The notes beneath the pieces were generated by a model, which saw nothing but the letters and a program-made list of their open reading frames with translations, was not told where the DNA came from and did no database searches. DNA of 64,000 bases from Eledone cirrhosa (Eukaryota), in NCBI GenBank assembly GCA_964016885.1, contig OZ024744.1:32054001-32118000 (forward strand), written 5' to 3'. Of this stretch, positions 26,298 to 40,000 are shown piece after piece (positions within the stretch are counted from its first letter, which is position 1; each line of letters opens with the position of its first letter). A program made the translations under genes and the position numbers.

Positions 26298-27604
26298 TAT
26301 AAAAATATATATATAACCGGCAAACTTACAAATTCAATAATAAAGATATAGAGAGAAAAGAAGGAAGAAAGGGAGATAGATACAGTAAAGAAAGAAAGGA
26401 AAAAGAAAAAGAAAAAAAAGAAGGAAAAAGAAAAAGAAAAAGAAAAAGAAAAAGAAAAAGAAAAAGAAAAAGAAGAAGAAAAAGGAGAAATTATTACAGA
26501 GAAAAATATAAAGAGAAGAAAATATATAGAAAATGGTGGTCGACAGAGAAGAGACAAGCATAAGTAGAAATAACGTAGGATAGAACGAAAAATAAAGGGA
26601 AAAATAATGATATCAGCAATAAATGAATAAACGTTAATACATGAATAAATGTAAATAAATAATAAAAATAAATATATAAAAAATGTATTTAAAAAATATA
26701 AATAAATAAATAAATAAATAAATAAATTACATCTAATGTGATATAGAATGGTATAAAATGTGAAAAATGAAAAATGAAAATAAATACGTAAAAGAAGTAA
26801 AATTGTGCGAAGAATATTTAAACATATTAAAATTATTGAGAGTGGTTTTTGAGAATTGTTAAAATATATGGAGAGATCTGAAGGTAAAAATATGATAATG
26901 TTAAATATATTTATGTGTGTATTGGTTATTTTAATAAATAAATAAATTAATTAGTTTTAAGTTATAATATATGATAAAATAAAATGACAGAGATGAAATA
27001 AATTTAGGGAGAGAAATATAAAGATTAAGAGTGAAAGATAGAGATATATAAAATAAGAATGTAAATATAAGAGGTTTTGATGTTGTTCTTTGATAGATGA
27101 TGACAATTATAATTATAATCATAATCATAATGACGATGATGCTGATAATGTGATATCATAATAGATCTAAGTGGTACAATCTGGGTTATGGAATAGATAA
27201 GATGAAATTAAGCTGGTCTAAAGTTCTCAAATTTGGTCGCCGATTTATGTCGACAGAAAATAGTTCTTTCAATTTTACTGTTAAGAAGCATTTTGTTGTA
27301 ATTTAAAATTTGGAAAAGTTCATTTTACAGAGACTGCAGTGGGACATACCAATTTGATAGGCCATTGCTTTTGATAGCTTCGTCCAACTGATTTCATATT
27401 CCATGTTTGCATCCTTGAGTTGCCAGATTTTATTGGCGAGATTCGTTGTATTTAAGAGATTCCTGTTAATCATAGAGTGTATGGAAATACGTACCACCTT
27501 TTCTTAAATTCCCAGCCGTGGAACCAATTTAATGCCATGCTAAACTACCTGAATTTATAATACATAGGTATACTATATTTGTCTCTAGGCATCTATTTTT
27601 TATA

Positions 27605-27716
27605 ACAGTTTCCGAAGATCTGATCGAGCTAACATCGTATTTACAATTGAGTGGCACTGCTTCTAGTGCTCAGCAATTTTTAGACAACTTTATCAGTGAA
27701 ACAATTGTTAGACTGT
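27605..27716 (+). ncRNA. Hammerhead, CCGAAGA core, long stem II insert
   Basis: ACAGTTT-CCGAAGA-tCTGAT..(about 67 nt)..ATCAGt-GAA ACAATTGT-T-AGACTGT. Confidence 0.65.
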
Positions 27717-27933
27717 AAATAAATCCCCTTTTTTGTACTGTTGACCATGTTATTTTCCACTTTTTCAATTTGACTACTCCAAGATAAACTTACATAGGAA
27801 TACAAGTGAAGTCATAAACTCGTCATCTACGTAAACCTCCTGTTGGGTCAAACAACGCCGTACGCTAAAACTATCCTTAATAAGAAGTATTCACAACCTC
27901 CAACTGGATTACCTATAACGATATTTTGTTACC

Positions 27934-28019
<86 letters not shown>

Positions 28020-28197
28020 GAAGTGTACAATAATTAATCTTCAAATAACATTTCTATTAAACAAAGATCGATCAAGTATGCTTGACACATTTGTTGCATA
28101 ATATATAATTGTCATAGAATTTATTCACCAGTCAATATGATAATGTCACTTAAATGGATTCTATCTTCTAACATCTCAGAACAAACAAGATCTAAAG

Positions 28198-28907
28198 CAA
28201 GGATCGGCAACCCCGGCCCGCGGAGGATTTTTATCCGGCCCGCCAACAGGTTTCAATCTTAGTCTAGGCGAACCCTGAAAAAGTACTCTGAATTATTTTG
28301 GATTAGAAAACCGACTAGAGAACACGTCTAGCCACAAGACTTAGGTGAACGTAATGTTTTAACTTGGCAGTAACAAACTGAGATAGAATAGTCAGAACTC
28401 GAGGTCAAGAGGAGTGTATGTAAGTGTATATATATATATATATATACTATATGTATGGCAGGGATGTGGAATGACCCAGACTTACCTAAAATAAATCAAC
28501 GTGTCTTACATATAGTTATTTCGTTTCATCCTCAAAATATTTCATTTGAGTTAGCTGCTAGTAAAACTTCTGTAAGTGACTGTATTTGATAATAATCAAT
28601 GTTTATTTAGTTTTCTGCTAAAAGTCTTCAGTATTAGTAGAAGTAAAGGTTTTCATCGAACAAATGGCAACCCTGATCTAAACACACCGCCAGGTGGCGT
28701 GATTTTGTCACAGTTTATTTAAAATGGCAATCCTGATCTAAATATAATCGTGGTTTCGTCACAGTTTATTAAAAATATCATAGTATTTTATCATATTACT
28801 ATATTAGTTTTCACACATGTTCTCATTACTTATTTGATGTCATGGCCCGCCGACGGGACACTGCATAGCAATGTGGTACGCACACCCTAAAAGTTTGCCG
28901 GCCCCTG
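28198..28907. mobile_element. Non-autonomous hAT (Charlie-like) DNA transposon
   Basis: TIRs CAAGGATCGGCAAC / GTTTGCCGGCCCCTG, subterminal GGCCCGC repeats, flanks ATCTAAAG and TTCTAGCA resembling NTCTAGAN. Confidence 0.7.
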
Positions 28908-29296
28908 TTCTAGCAGCTCAAAGCAAACAAAATGTAGAGCAATAGTTAAAGGAATGACTATAATCCAGATGTCCATTTCGCACAAAAACACCAAAATACT
29001 GAGAGATCCCTTATCAATGACATGTGAGTGCAATTTGGGGGATGAAAAATGTATGAAAATTTGTTGTATTGGGACCTGGACCAAAAGGTATTTTCAGCTG
29101 TGGCATGGTTATCGCAAGAAAACACGAGTAACCCAAACAAATGTGTAACATCGTTGTAAAATATAAAATATATTGCTCTTCTACGGAAAGAGAGCTCTCT
29201 TATCACCACACATACACAAATATACACACATGAATATATGCATTAATGCAAATATATACGTATATGTATGTTCTTACGTACACACACACACACACA

Positions 29297-29363
<67 letters not shown>

Positions 29364-29393
29364 AAATCAAAAGATGGTTAAAAGAGTTCCATG

Positions 29394-29464
29394 TATTTTA
29401 TTATGCGCATTTCAAAAACAAATATCATCATGGGATGATATTTGCGTTCTCATCAGATAAAATA
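29394..29464 (-). ncRNA. Hammerhead ribozyme, well formed
   Basis: TATTTTAT-CTGATGA-..CAAATATCATC ccat GATGATATTTG..-GAA ATGCGCAT-A-ATAAAATA. Confidence 0.85.
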
Positions 29465-29548
29465 GGGAGACATGATATGAAGCTTAAAAAACACTTGCGA
29501 GCAGTGAAGTGTTAAATCAACATGTACTTATCCGATATTTGCATTCCT

Positions 29549-29591
<43 letters not shown>

Positions 29592-29764
29592 AACCAGTAA
29601 GACCCCGACAGCTGAGCTCAAGCCGTTTCGACGGCTAATTCTATATATAACGAAACTACCGGGAGAAAGATCTTAATAGTTCTGGCCAGTCCACTACTCA
29701 TTCAATGAGGTATAGGAATTGAACGTAAGAACGTGCAAATTCATACTAACACACACTCACACAC

Positions 29765-29795
<31 letters not shown>

Positions 29796-30889
29796 TACAT
29801 ACTCACATACAAATACACACGCGCGCTCATACAGACACATACACACACTCTCACACACACAAGCAACACTCACTCACATACACACACACGCAAGCATACG
29901 CACACTCACACGCAGACTCACATACACAGACACAGACACAGACACACACACACACACATATACATATATACATATACATATATATATATTCACATCTCAA
30001 CAGATTTTGAAATATCTATGTAATGTATATCAAACTGTACATTTGGTGCACCACTTAAGAAAAACTCAACTCTCAGAAAATATATTTGAAAATCATTTTT
30101 ATAATTGAGGAATCACATATTTCATTTTATTTCAATTTATTTTATTGTATTTTATTATATTTTATTTTATTTTAATGTATATTTCATTTCAAAGTCCACC
30201 CCACCCTCATCTATTTGCATTCAAACTTATAGTTCTCATCTTCTTTCATTTATTTTATTTTTAAGGGAGAACGGAGGGTCGGGCCGGGCCGGGTCGGTTC
30301 GTGTTGCGGGCGGTGGTATGGGTAGATGACATATGGAAATCATTACTTGAACTAAATTAGTGTTTACGTTTGCGTAATATCGAGAAATTGCCCACATACT
30401 GCAAACGGTAATGGAAAGCTAAAGAACACCCAATACTGGTAAATAGTTCTGCATCTTCTCCAGATGATCGAAATCTGAAATATATGTTCTTGGAGGCAAT
30501 CACCAAGGAGAAAATGCATTTATTCCCAAGATTCCATTTATCCATTTCTCTACCAAGTTGCCATTCAAATTCTCTAGACTTCAGTTTGAGCCAGTTTTTC
30601 TATGACCTCAGGCACAGTGTTAAACCCGGAGGTTATTTCCCTTGTTGGAGAATAAGCACGTGACAGCGAATCAGTGTCTACTACTACTAGTGTCTTACTG
30701 CCCATGTCCTACGAAGGGCATTATCAATTTAAAAACCTTGCTAGGACATTTACTGTTGTTTGTGTCCTTGTGGTATCATTTGTGTGACGATTGTAAAATG
30801 TGTGTATTATCAAATTTTACCTGAGGTGCCAGGATGACACTTGGCAGGATTTGGAAAGAAGCAGAACTCAAAGGATGTTTCAAATCATA

Positions 30890-31190
30890 ATAATGGTTTC
30901 TCATATAGACAGTGTGTTACTGGTACTTTATTTTATCTACACTGTAAGGACAAAAGGCAAAACTAACCTCGGTGGTATTTGAATTCAGAACATTAAGGGC
31001 CATAACTCTATGCTACAAAGCATGGTTTCCGATGCTCTACCGATTACTGCCAATCCACTAATTGTTTCTGATTTAGACACAAGGCCAACAATTATATGGA
31101 AGGGGAAAATCGATTAAACCGACCCCAGTACGTTACTGGTACTTTATTTTATCGACCCCGTAAGGATGAAAGCTAACCTCGGCTTTGCCA
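30890..31190 (-). mobile_element. Two adjacent tRNA-derived SINE copies
   Basis: ACTGGTACTTTATTTTATC...GTAAGGA body occurs twice. Confidence 0.7.
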
Positions 31191-33031
31191 ATCCGATAAT
31201 GAATAGTATATAAGATTAAGATAAAGTTATCGTTCTTAGGGAGGAAAAAAAATCTCCCTTCTTTTTCTAAGTGGAAGTATATTTAATCTTCAATATGCTG
31301 TGTTAAAAAAACCGAATTCATTATATTCAATATACAGTATATTAAAATATCTGACAGAATATCTAAAATGTTTCTTGGTCATTAACAGAAAAGCTAATTT
31401 TTTTTTTTTATTAAACATATGGTTACGACTCTATATATATTTATTCAGAACCAACCCAGGTGGTGGACACTTCTTCTTCTTCTTCTCCTCCTCCTCCTCC
31501 TCCTCTATTTCCGTTAGAGCACCATGTTAAGCACATCAGTATTTATTCCGACTATCATCACTCTGAGTTCAAATCATTGCCGAGATAATTTTGCACCTTT
31601 CGGGATTTATAAATAAATTACCAGTTCAAGAGTGATAGATTGGAAAAATCGTTAAAAAATCGGACAGGTTAGCTTTTTAACTTAATCGGCTCCGTGCGTT
31701 CTCAGTTCTAAACTCTGCTCATTCTGCCAATTGAAACATGATTACATTGGTCCGAACTGACGATCGATTTAAAGCAGCGAAATCACAGAATCGTTAAAAC
31801 GTCGGAAGAAACGAAACACTTTCATATTTGCTCCGGCACTCTGCGTTCCGAGTTAATGTCCGACCTAAGCCTGTTTTCTTTTTTCATCGGGATCGATAAA
31901 TAAAGTACCAATCCATGGGCGGTGGATTAACAGCATTTTTAAAGTGACGGACTGTATACGTTGCTGTAACTGCTTCGGCACTGTGTGTTCCAAGTTCAAA
32001 TTCCGCCTACTCTAAAACGTCTGAAGTCTGTCTCAAGGCTCATCAGGCCGGTGTCTATCCTGGTTTATGTAGCATGAAGCGACTGAGAGTACAAGACTCC
32101 CCCGCTGGACAGGACACCAGTCAATGGCAGTGTTAAACTACCAACTATTGCTGGTACTCAATTTCAGCTGAGTATACTGGAGCAACTCTGTCCAAGAATA
32201 ACACCCACAACATTATGATTATTAGTCCAACACCCTTACCACTAAGCCACGCACTTCCACTGAAATTCTACCTAGACACTGGAATACCCCCCCCCCCCCT
32301 CTCCAGCCCAAGAAAAAAAAAAGTTGACGATTTTTCGAGGTGTTGCGACCGGCAGATATATCAGTAATGGAAGGACCTTTGAAAATGTGGTTTTCTTGGA
32401 GCGGTGCAACAGTTGGGTTGTTACACTTTTATATAGATTTAACAGAATATCGGGGTTATTTTAGGTAGAGTTTGGTTACTTCTCATCTCAATCAGAGAGA
32501 GACAGAGAGAGAGTAAAGAATCAGAGAAAAGCATCTACCCCAATATTTAACTGGTACCACATATGTCAACACCAGTAGGATAAAACAAAGTTTACATCGG
32601 TGGCATTTGAACTCAAAGGGGGAGGAGAAGGAGGATGATGAGGGGGAAGAGGAGGAGGAAGAAGAAGAAGAAGAAGAAGAAGAAGAAGAAGAAGAAGAAT
32701 TGTTGACACTAGCACTTGACTGGTGCTATATTTATCGATCTTACAAAGAGCAAAGTAACAAACAAATTTATCATGCGGTGATTTGAACTCAGGAGAGGAC
32801 TTCTTTCTACCTCACTCCTTAACGACTCTTCTAAATTTTCAACTCATATTACCGCAACACCAGTTATAAGTTATTATAAATAATTTGTTTGAACTTGAAG
32901 CCACTTCACTGTTTAGTTTCAAATAAACTTGACATGATATAATGAGAATTTATTATATATTAAAATATATGATAGAATATATATATATATACTTCCCTCA
33001 CACATATACGCACATACTCTCACACACACAC

Positions 33032-33064
<33 letters not shown>

Positions 33065-33294
33065 TTCGTGGTCATTAACAGAAAAACTAATTCTTATTTT
33101 TTATTAAACATATGGATATGACTATGTAAACTTATTTATAACAAGTGCAGGTGTTGGACACTTTCTCTTCTGTATTTCCGTTTCTTGGAGAGTTCTAGTA
33201 ACATACCAGTCGTTTTTTTTTTCTATAAGAAGTGTTTTAAAGCAGCAAATTGGCAGAGTGGCTTAAAACTTTGGATTAAATGGCTTGCTACCCA

Positions 33295-33530
33295 GAAAAA
33301 TCAAAATATCATTCTTCTGAACATCTGTTGAGCCAGTGTTGTTCTATGGATAAGATATATAGACCCTGACACAAGCACTTGGGAAGAAACAAGATGGGAC
33401 TTACACTAAAATACTTAAGGTTGTACAAAAAATTAACTGGCGTCAATGTGTTATAAATGAAAGGTTATAGAGAAACCTGTCCAAGATAACAACTACAATT
33501 GTTCAATATGGTTACGATTTGTAGGACATT
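33295..33530 (+). mobile_element. Old RTE-like fragment
   Basis: Translates to SVEPVLFYG..TLT..GKKQDGTYTKILK, homologous to the 7992..8342 protein. Confidence 0.6.
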
Positions 33531-34439
33531 CCGGTTCTGTGCACACTGAATTCAAATTTCGCCGATGTCAAATCTGTTTCTTATCTTTTCGCGGGTAGAT
33601 GAGTAAAGTACTTGCCCATAAGCAGCGACAGAGAGTCGGACAGGAGGTTTTGAGATCAACTTTTTCTTGTCGTTGGGACAAGTAAAGAGTATCAGTAAGA
33701 GAAAAAGCAATAAGTTTCCTTATTCTCATCTAAGACAGCTCATTTTTCTGTATTAGTTCAACACTTATCCAGTTTAAGAGAAAAGGATTCCATGAATGAT
33801 GAAGCACTAAACTTTTCACGGCTGACGTAGCTAATTTAGAAACAGAAAGAAGGAAAGAATGATATAAAGATAGATAGAGTAAGAGCGAAGGGAGAGAAAA
33901 AGATAGATAGAGATAGAGAGATAGAGAAGAGCAACTGGTGAGAGAAAGCAAAGAGTCAGAGAAAAGCATATACCCCAATACTTAACTGGTAGAGTAGGAT
34001 GAAACAAATAGTTTACATCGGTGTCATTTGAACACAAAGCGCAGTGAAAGACAGGATATACACATGCATCTTTAGGGAGAGTGAGATATATATATATATA
34101 TACATAATCATCATCACATCATCATCGTCTAACGTCTATCTTGCACGTTAGCATGGGTTAGACGGGTTTGTCCCATTTAGAGGCAAGTTGGGTCGAGTGA
34201 ATGTGTCTCGCTCATATAGGACTGTTTCTGGCTGGTTTTCTATGGCTGGATGCCCTTCCTAACGCCAACCACATTGACAGTGTGTGCTGGGTGCTTTTTG
34301 GCGTGTCTTTTACACGACCACTTTACAGTGTGGACTGGATGTTTTGTGGTACCAACATACCATTTGCTCCTATACACAGGGCAGGCTCCATTTGCATCAT
34401 GGAACTTGCCCTATGTACAGGAGCAAATATTGGAACAGA

Positions 34440-35520
34440 ATAGAAAGGATTATGAATAAGGCAAATAAAATAAACTCATGGTATGATAGCAATAAATACC
34501 AGAGTGTAATATTCGACAATACAACCATTAGAGGCGAACTAGCTTATATATTTAGAAGGGCCCTAGACTGGCTCAAATTAAATATTAAGATTGTTGAAAA
34601 CCCAGTTTTTCCCATAAAAACCCTAATTAGCAAAACATACCCATTTCAAAGATGCCCCTGTGCTGACAAGAAATGCATAGTCTGCAAGCTAATCCCACAA
34701 ATTAACTGCAACAATAGGAACGTAGTATATAGCATAAGATGTACTGAGGGACAGTGTAGGAATAAGAATATAACATATATAGGTGAAACAACCCGTAGCA
34801 TAAGAGAAAGGATAAGTGAACACTGGCGAGAACACCAGGATGGGAAAAACTCATCAGTACTCCACCAACATGCCAAAATAGAACATAGGGAACATTAGAG
34901 AACATAGAGATAAACAATATATCCACACACAGAAAAGATGCAATGCTGAGACAAATCACAGAGGCGAGAAACATAAACGAACTCCAAACAAAATTAAACA
35001 GAAAACATGAGTGGAATAGCAACATCACAACTAGTAATTAAGGACAAAATGAAGACACACAGAGGCACATAAAAACCAAACTAACAAAACAAATCAGACA
35101 CACACAAAAACCTAACTAACAAAACAAATCAGACACACACAGATAGAACAAACAACCAACTAGTGACAAATAAATAAACACATAAATAAATAAATAAACA
35201 CACACACACACGGGTGTAACCATGCGAAAACTAAACACACACCAGACAAAAACAAGATGGTGTAGGACAGAACAAAGGAGAGACACACAAATAAAAACCT
35301 AGTCACTAAGGAGGTCACAGTATATGCAAGGAAAGAGCTTTGACAATATATAAACAACTTTCCGGTTATCGAACCAACCAACCAATCGGAAACTTATAAT
35401 AAATTGAAGTGAAAACTAACAGGAGTGTGTGCTTTTATTGGCAACATGACCCTCCCAAAGTATAACAATATATGTTTTAAAACACCTTTTCAGATAAGAA
35501 ATCTCGCAAAACAAATTTAA
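34440..35520 (+). mobile_element. 5'-truncated Penelope-like element (GIY-YIG + 3' region)
   Basis: CPCADKKCIVC...CNNRNVVYSIRC...YIGETTRSIRERISEH...LHQH; degenerate hammerhead at 35302-35344 (CTAAGGA core). Confidence 0.9.
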
Positions 35521-35761
35521 AAAAAATATATATATACAACAATATATACATATATATATATATTGTTTTTGAATTTGTTTTGCAAGATTCCTTATCTGAA
35601 AAGGTGTTTTGAAACCGATATTGTTATACTTTACACTAATGCGATGAAATACCAATGATGGTTGGAAAATCACTGACGAAGGACTATTTTTATCATATGT
35701 AATCCATGTGCAACCAGGCAGTATTCTTCTTTCTTCTCATGTTTTTTATATATATATATAT

Positions 35762-36333
35762 ATATTGTTATACTTGGGGAGGGTCATATTTGTGTAATAA
35801 TATTGCCAGAATTAATAACAGAACACACTCACTGTTTGGTTGTTTTTCGCTTCTGTGTCTTTTATATCGGTTAATTTAATTTATTCGGTCCTCAATGTTA
35901 CCATTGACTGACCAACGGTAAAAAATACAGATACAATATAGACACAAACACATATATATAGTCTAACAAAGTTCTTTCGTTGCACATCTGAAGTATCGTC
36001 AGTGGTGCTATTATGTTTCCTCCCGTTGTATTGTATGCCTACGAAAGATGGCGTAGGCATACAATACAACGGGAGGAAACATAATAGCACCACTGACGAT
36101 GTTGCAGATGTGCAATGAAAGAAATTTGTTAGACTATATATATGTGTTTGTGTTTATATTGTATCTGTATTTTTGACCGTTGGTCAGTCAATGGTAACAT
36201 TGAGGACCGAATAAATTAAATTAACTGATATAAAAGATACAGAAGCGAAAACCAACCAAACAGTGAGTGTGTTCTGTTATTAATTCTGGCAATATTATTA
36301 CACAAATATGACCCTCCCCAAGTATAACAATAT
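35762..36333. repeat. Large near-perfect fold-back (about 280-bp arms, 8-nt loop) of a Penelope pLTR
   Basis: 35762-36043 vs 36052-36333; terminus ACCCTCCCCAAGTATAACAA shared with the 34-35 kb and 54-55 kb Penelope family; CTGACGA..GAAAG motif in each arm. Confidence 0.9.
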
Positions 36334-36377
36334 TTGTTTCGACACACTATTTCATATAAAAAACCTCGCAAAACTCC

Positions 36378-36458
<81 letters not shown>

Positions 36459-37055
36459 ATAATTTAATTTAGTATTCAACTGATGTCTTATTTTATCGAA
36501 AGTCTTTGCGCATTTGTCCGCGGGGCACAATCAAAACACTGCTCTGACCTAGGTTTAGGGTCTGTCACCCTCTCCCCTTCCTCCTCTCATTCGTTGCCTA
36601 ATAGTCATTGCTCCTTCCCTCCTTTTCTTCTCGTTTATACCATTATAGTCCTTTCCTTTACTTTCATATACAACCAGATCTGCTCCATCCACCCTTTTTC
36701 ATTACATAATTTTATTTTCCCCCCCTTTTTTTTATATTCCTTTTATTGTATAAACTTTGTCTGTAAAATTTCTTAATTAGCAATAAATGAAATAACAGGA
36801 AATGTCTGAGTTTTATCGACATGTTAAGAATGAAAAAAAAAAAAGTTAACCCTAGCGGGACTTGAACTCAGAGACCATGAAAGACAACCAGGCGTTCTAT
36901 CTCCTCTCTCTAAGAGCCGGCTCGTATTGCAACAGCTCTAATTACCATTTTTTATAAATAGTTTAGTTGAACTTGAAATTACTTTAACTTGTTGTCTTAA
37001 ATAAATGTTTAATTAATTAATTAATTCATTCATTCATTAATTAATTAATCAATTA

Positions 37056-37090
<35 letters not shown>

Positions 37091-37092
<2 letters not shown>

Positions 37093-40000
37093 AGACTGAT
37101 GGCGGCGGCAACGGCTACAGCAACAAACAAAACAACAACACCAACAATAAGAGCAAGAACGATAACACCAACAACAAGAGCAATGGAGGCGTCACCTTTG
37201 CAGCGGCAGCAGCGAGAACAAAGCGCCTTTTCAATGTGGATATTAGCGATAAAGAACAGCACTTGGCCCAGGCGTGGAGGTTAATTAAACGAGGGAAGTC
37301 CTGGGCAAACCTGACCATCCCGGACGGGGCAATAGCGGCCATGCAAAGGAGGACGGTGTACTTTCGATGCATTTCAGTGCAGACACGCAAAGTGAGACTT
37401 GCCAGCCAAGCAGAGGTCGAGGCTACTTTGAGGTGTATCGGAAGTGACATAGAGTACAAAGCAAGGGCGAAGCAGTTCGGTACCATCTCGGTACTGTTCA
37501 AAACCGAGGCCCTTGCTATTAAAGCACTCGGTGACCCCCTGCAGAACGGAACACATTATCATGCACCCGTTCCACATGGGCAAAAGGAAGTAAAGGTCCG
37601 CATTCCCAGGATCCCACCAGGAATGAACATATGGTGGCTCCTGGGATGCGTAATCGATGAGGGGACAGACACTGCCCCCCCCCCTGTATATCAAAACGAC
37701 AGAAAGAGAAGATTGGTCCGGAATGGATTTGGGGATTCTTCTCCAAATGAAACCAGAAGACATCAACAACATCCAGGATTTTGCCCGCCTGCAGGATGGG
37801 ACAAAAATCCAATTAATCACTGAGGGAAGAAGGCCGCATTGATTCGTCTGCTGGGAAGCAACGTCTCTACTAGCCTTCTGCCCTCAGCTCAAACCTCCTT
37901 TGTTGCCAATGCCAGTGTCAGCACGGAAAGCTGCACCACCACCACCAAAAACAACACCAACAAAGACACGGGTAACACCATTAATATCAAAAACAGCCGG
38001 ACCACCACCAACACCGAAACCAATCCAAGGGGAAAACGAGGAAATCTCTCCCACTCCCCCTACCCATTCAATTATACACATAGACAAAACAATAAATGCA
38101 CACACAGACTCAGACCCTTTGTCTTCCAGCAGCGAAGATGAAGGAAAACAAAAAAATGCCAAAAAAACACAGAGAAAACTCACCAAAAAAACCCCAACAA
38201 AACACAAAAAACATACACAACAAAAAATACAGACACCACTAACGCAAACACTTCCCCAATAATATCAGCACCAACATCAACATCAACACCACCCCCACAA
38301 TCCCCGAAACGCAAACAACCTAAACAAACACAAGAACAAATAAACACACAAATACCTGACATTGCAGACACCACACCTACAACAAACACAGACATACCCG
38401 AAACAACACCACCAAAACCATCACCACCACAGTCACCAAAACGAAAACAAATAGAACCACACCAACAAAATATTTAAAACTTCGTGCTTGTCAGAAGGGC
38501 CAACGATAAACTGATGGCCCTCTTAGCACGAAGCGAGGACATTTATACAGAGGGGGAGATCTTTGAAATGAGCACATTTTGCGTGCCAGAAGATTTGCTT
38601 CTGGTCCGAATGTCGCTTGATTCCTTCAAAGAAATTCGGGAGAGCTTTCCTTAAGAGGGGGGAACCCCGAATGTGAAACCCACATCGAGACTTTTAAAGG
38701 GGTTCCCAAAAGAAACCCCACCAACCATGGAGGTCGAACCACCCGACATTCACAAGACCCCGGGAGGTAAGTAAACTTTCCCTATCTCTTTTAGCTTGCC
38801 AACATGGCCATATTAAGAGTAGGAAGTTTAAATGTACGCGGCCTGGGGGTCACCCTGGAAGCAGGGTCGCCTGCTCAACGACCTCAGGTCTCTGGAAACA
38901 GATGTGATTGCCGTCAGCGAGACCAGCATTTCCGAAAGCGCACTAACCCCCATTTTCGACGACTATCAAATCTTCACATCTGTTAGCAGACCGGGAATTG
39001 GAGGTAGGGTGGTAGTGCTGTTTAGGAAAGGACTGGATTTCGAGGTAAGGTCGATCTTCCGAGACCCGGAGGGAGGGTAAGTTGGTGGTCTTGGATGTGA
39101 ACAGTAGCGAAGGTGGTGCCTTTAGACTGCTGGCCGTCTACGCCCCTACAGGGGCTGGACGACCGGACTTCTTTAGGTGCCTGGAGACCTTTCTGGGTAC
39201 GTCTCGCTATTAATGTTAGCGGGGGACTGGAACGGCATCTTAGACGCACGCTGGGATTGTGTGGGAGTAGCCGATAGGAGCGGGGGGTGCAAAAGCCTCG
39301 AGCACCTAATCAACCAGTTCCAAATGTCTGACAGGTATAGACTAGATTTCCCCAATGTGGCAGTATGGACATGGACGAACCGAATGGGGCCATCTACATC
39401 GTATATAGACAGGATCTTCATTAGGAAAATAGATAGAAATAGTGTAGGCTGCCCACTTTTTAAAACGGTCGCCTATTCAGATCACAAATTTGTGATCTGT
39501 ACGGTTGACCTAGATAAGACACGGAGGTTAGGACCTGGTTACTGGAAGTTGAACATGTCATTTCCGACACGTAAGGCTTACAGGGACCGAGTCAACAATT
39601 TAGTTAAGCAAAAGTTGACAGGGAGGATCATCAACAACAGGTGGTGGTGGTGGTGGTGGTGGGTGGTGGTGGTGGTGTGTGTGTGTGTGGGGGGGGGGGG
39701 GGGCTCTCAAAAGAGAGATTAGAGTAACTTCGATAGAGTTCAGCAAAGAACTAGCGTTAGAGAAAAAGAAAAAAGGAGGGGGAGCTGATAGATAAGTTAC
39801 ACGAGGCTATTTGTAGTGGCATTGCAACTGACGTGCTAGCGGCGAGAATGGCATTAGACCATTTCTTCAATGCGAAACACGAGGGTTGCATAGTCAGAGC
39901 TAAGGCGCGTGCGCTGAGAAACGAGGGAACCAAAGCTGTTCGATGGGCCCGCGTGGCGGAGGCGCAGCGTGGTGGTAATAAAACCACAATTCGGACTTTG

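Larger units (their letters stand above)
26131..27830 (-). mobile_element. 5'-truncated Penelope-like element with inverted pLTR
   Basis: GIY-YIG C-terminus LANKIWQLKD..YEISW..AYQIG..CSLC (27303..27497); 26131-26303 is inverted at 27596-27771. Confidence 0.85.

Noticed and set aside
29590-29735. Hairpin-rich segment (AGCCGT ttcg ACGGCT, GAAAC) as another ribozyme
   Set aside because: The CTGAGCT core does not fit a hammerhead, and no other ribozyme fold could be assigned.
30357-30620. Possible host exon in non-repetitive-looking sequence
   Set aside because: No recognisable domain, short open frames, and no supported splice structure.
35592-35630. TAT-CTGAAAA...GAAAC..GTT-ATA as an antisense hammerhead (also 54462-54497)
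   Set aside because: All copies lack G8 and a stem II; the family's real hammerhead is the sense motif at 54975-55019.
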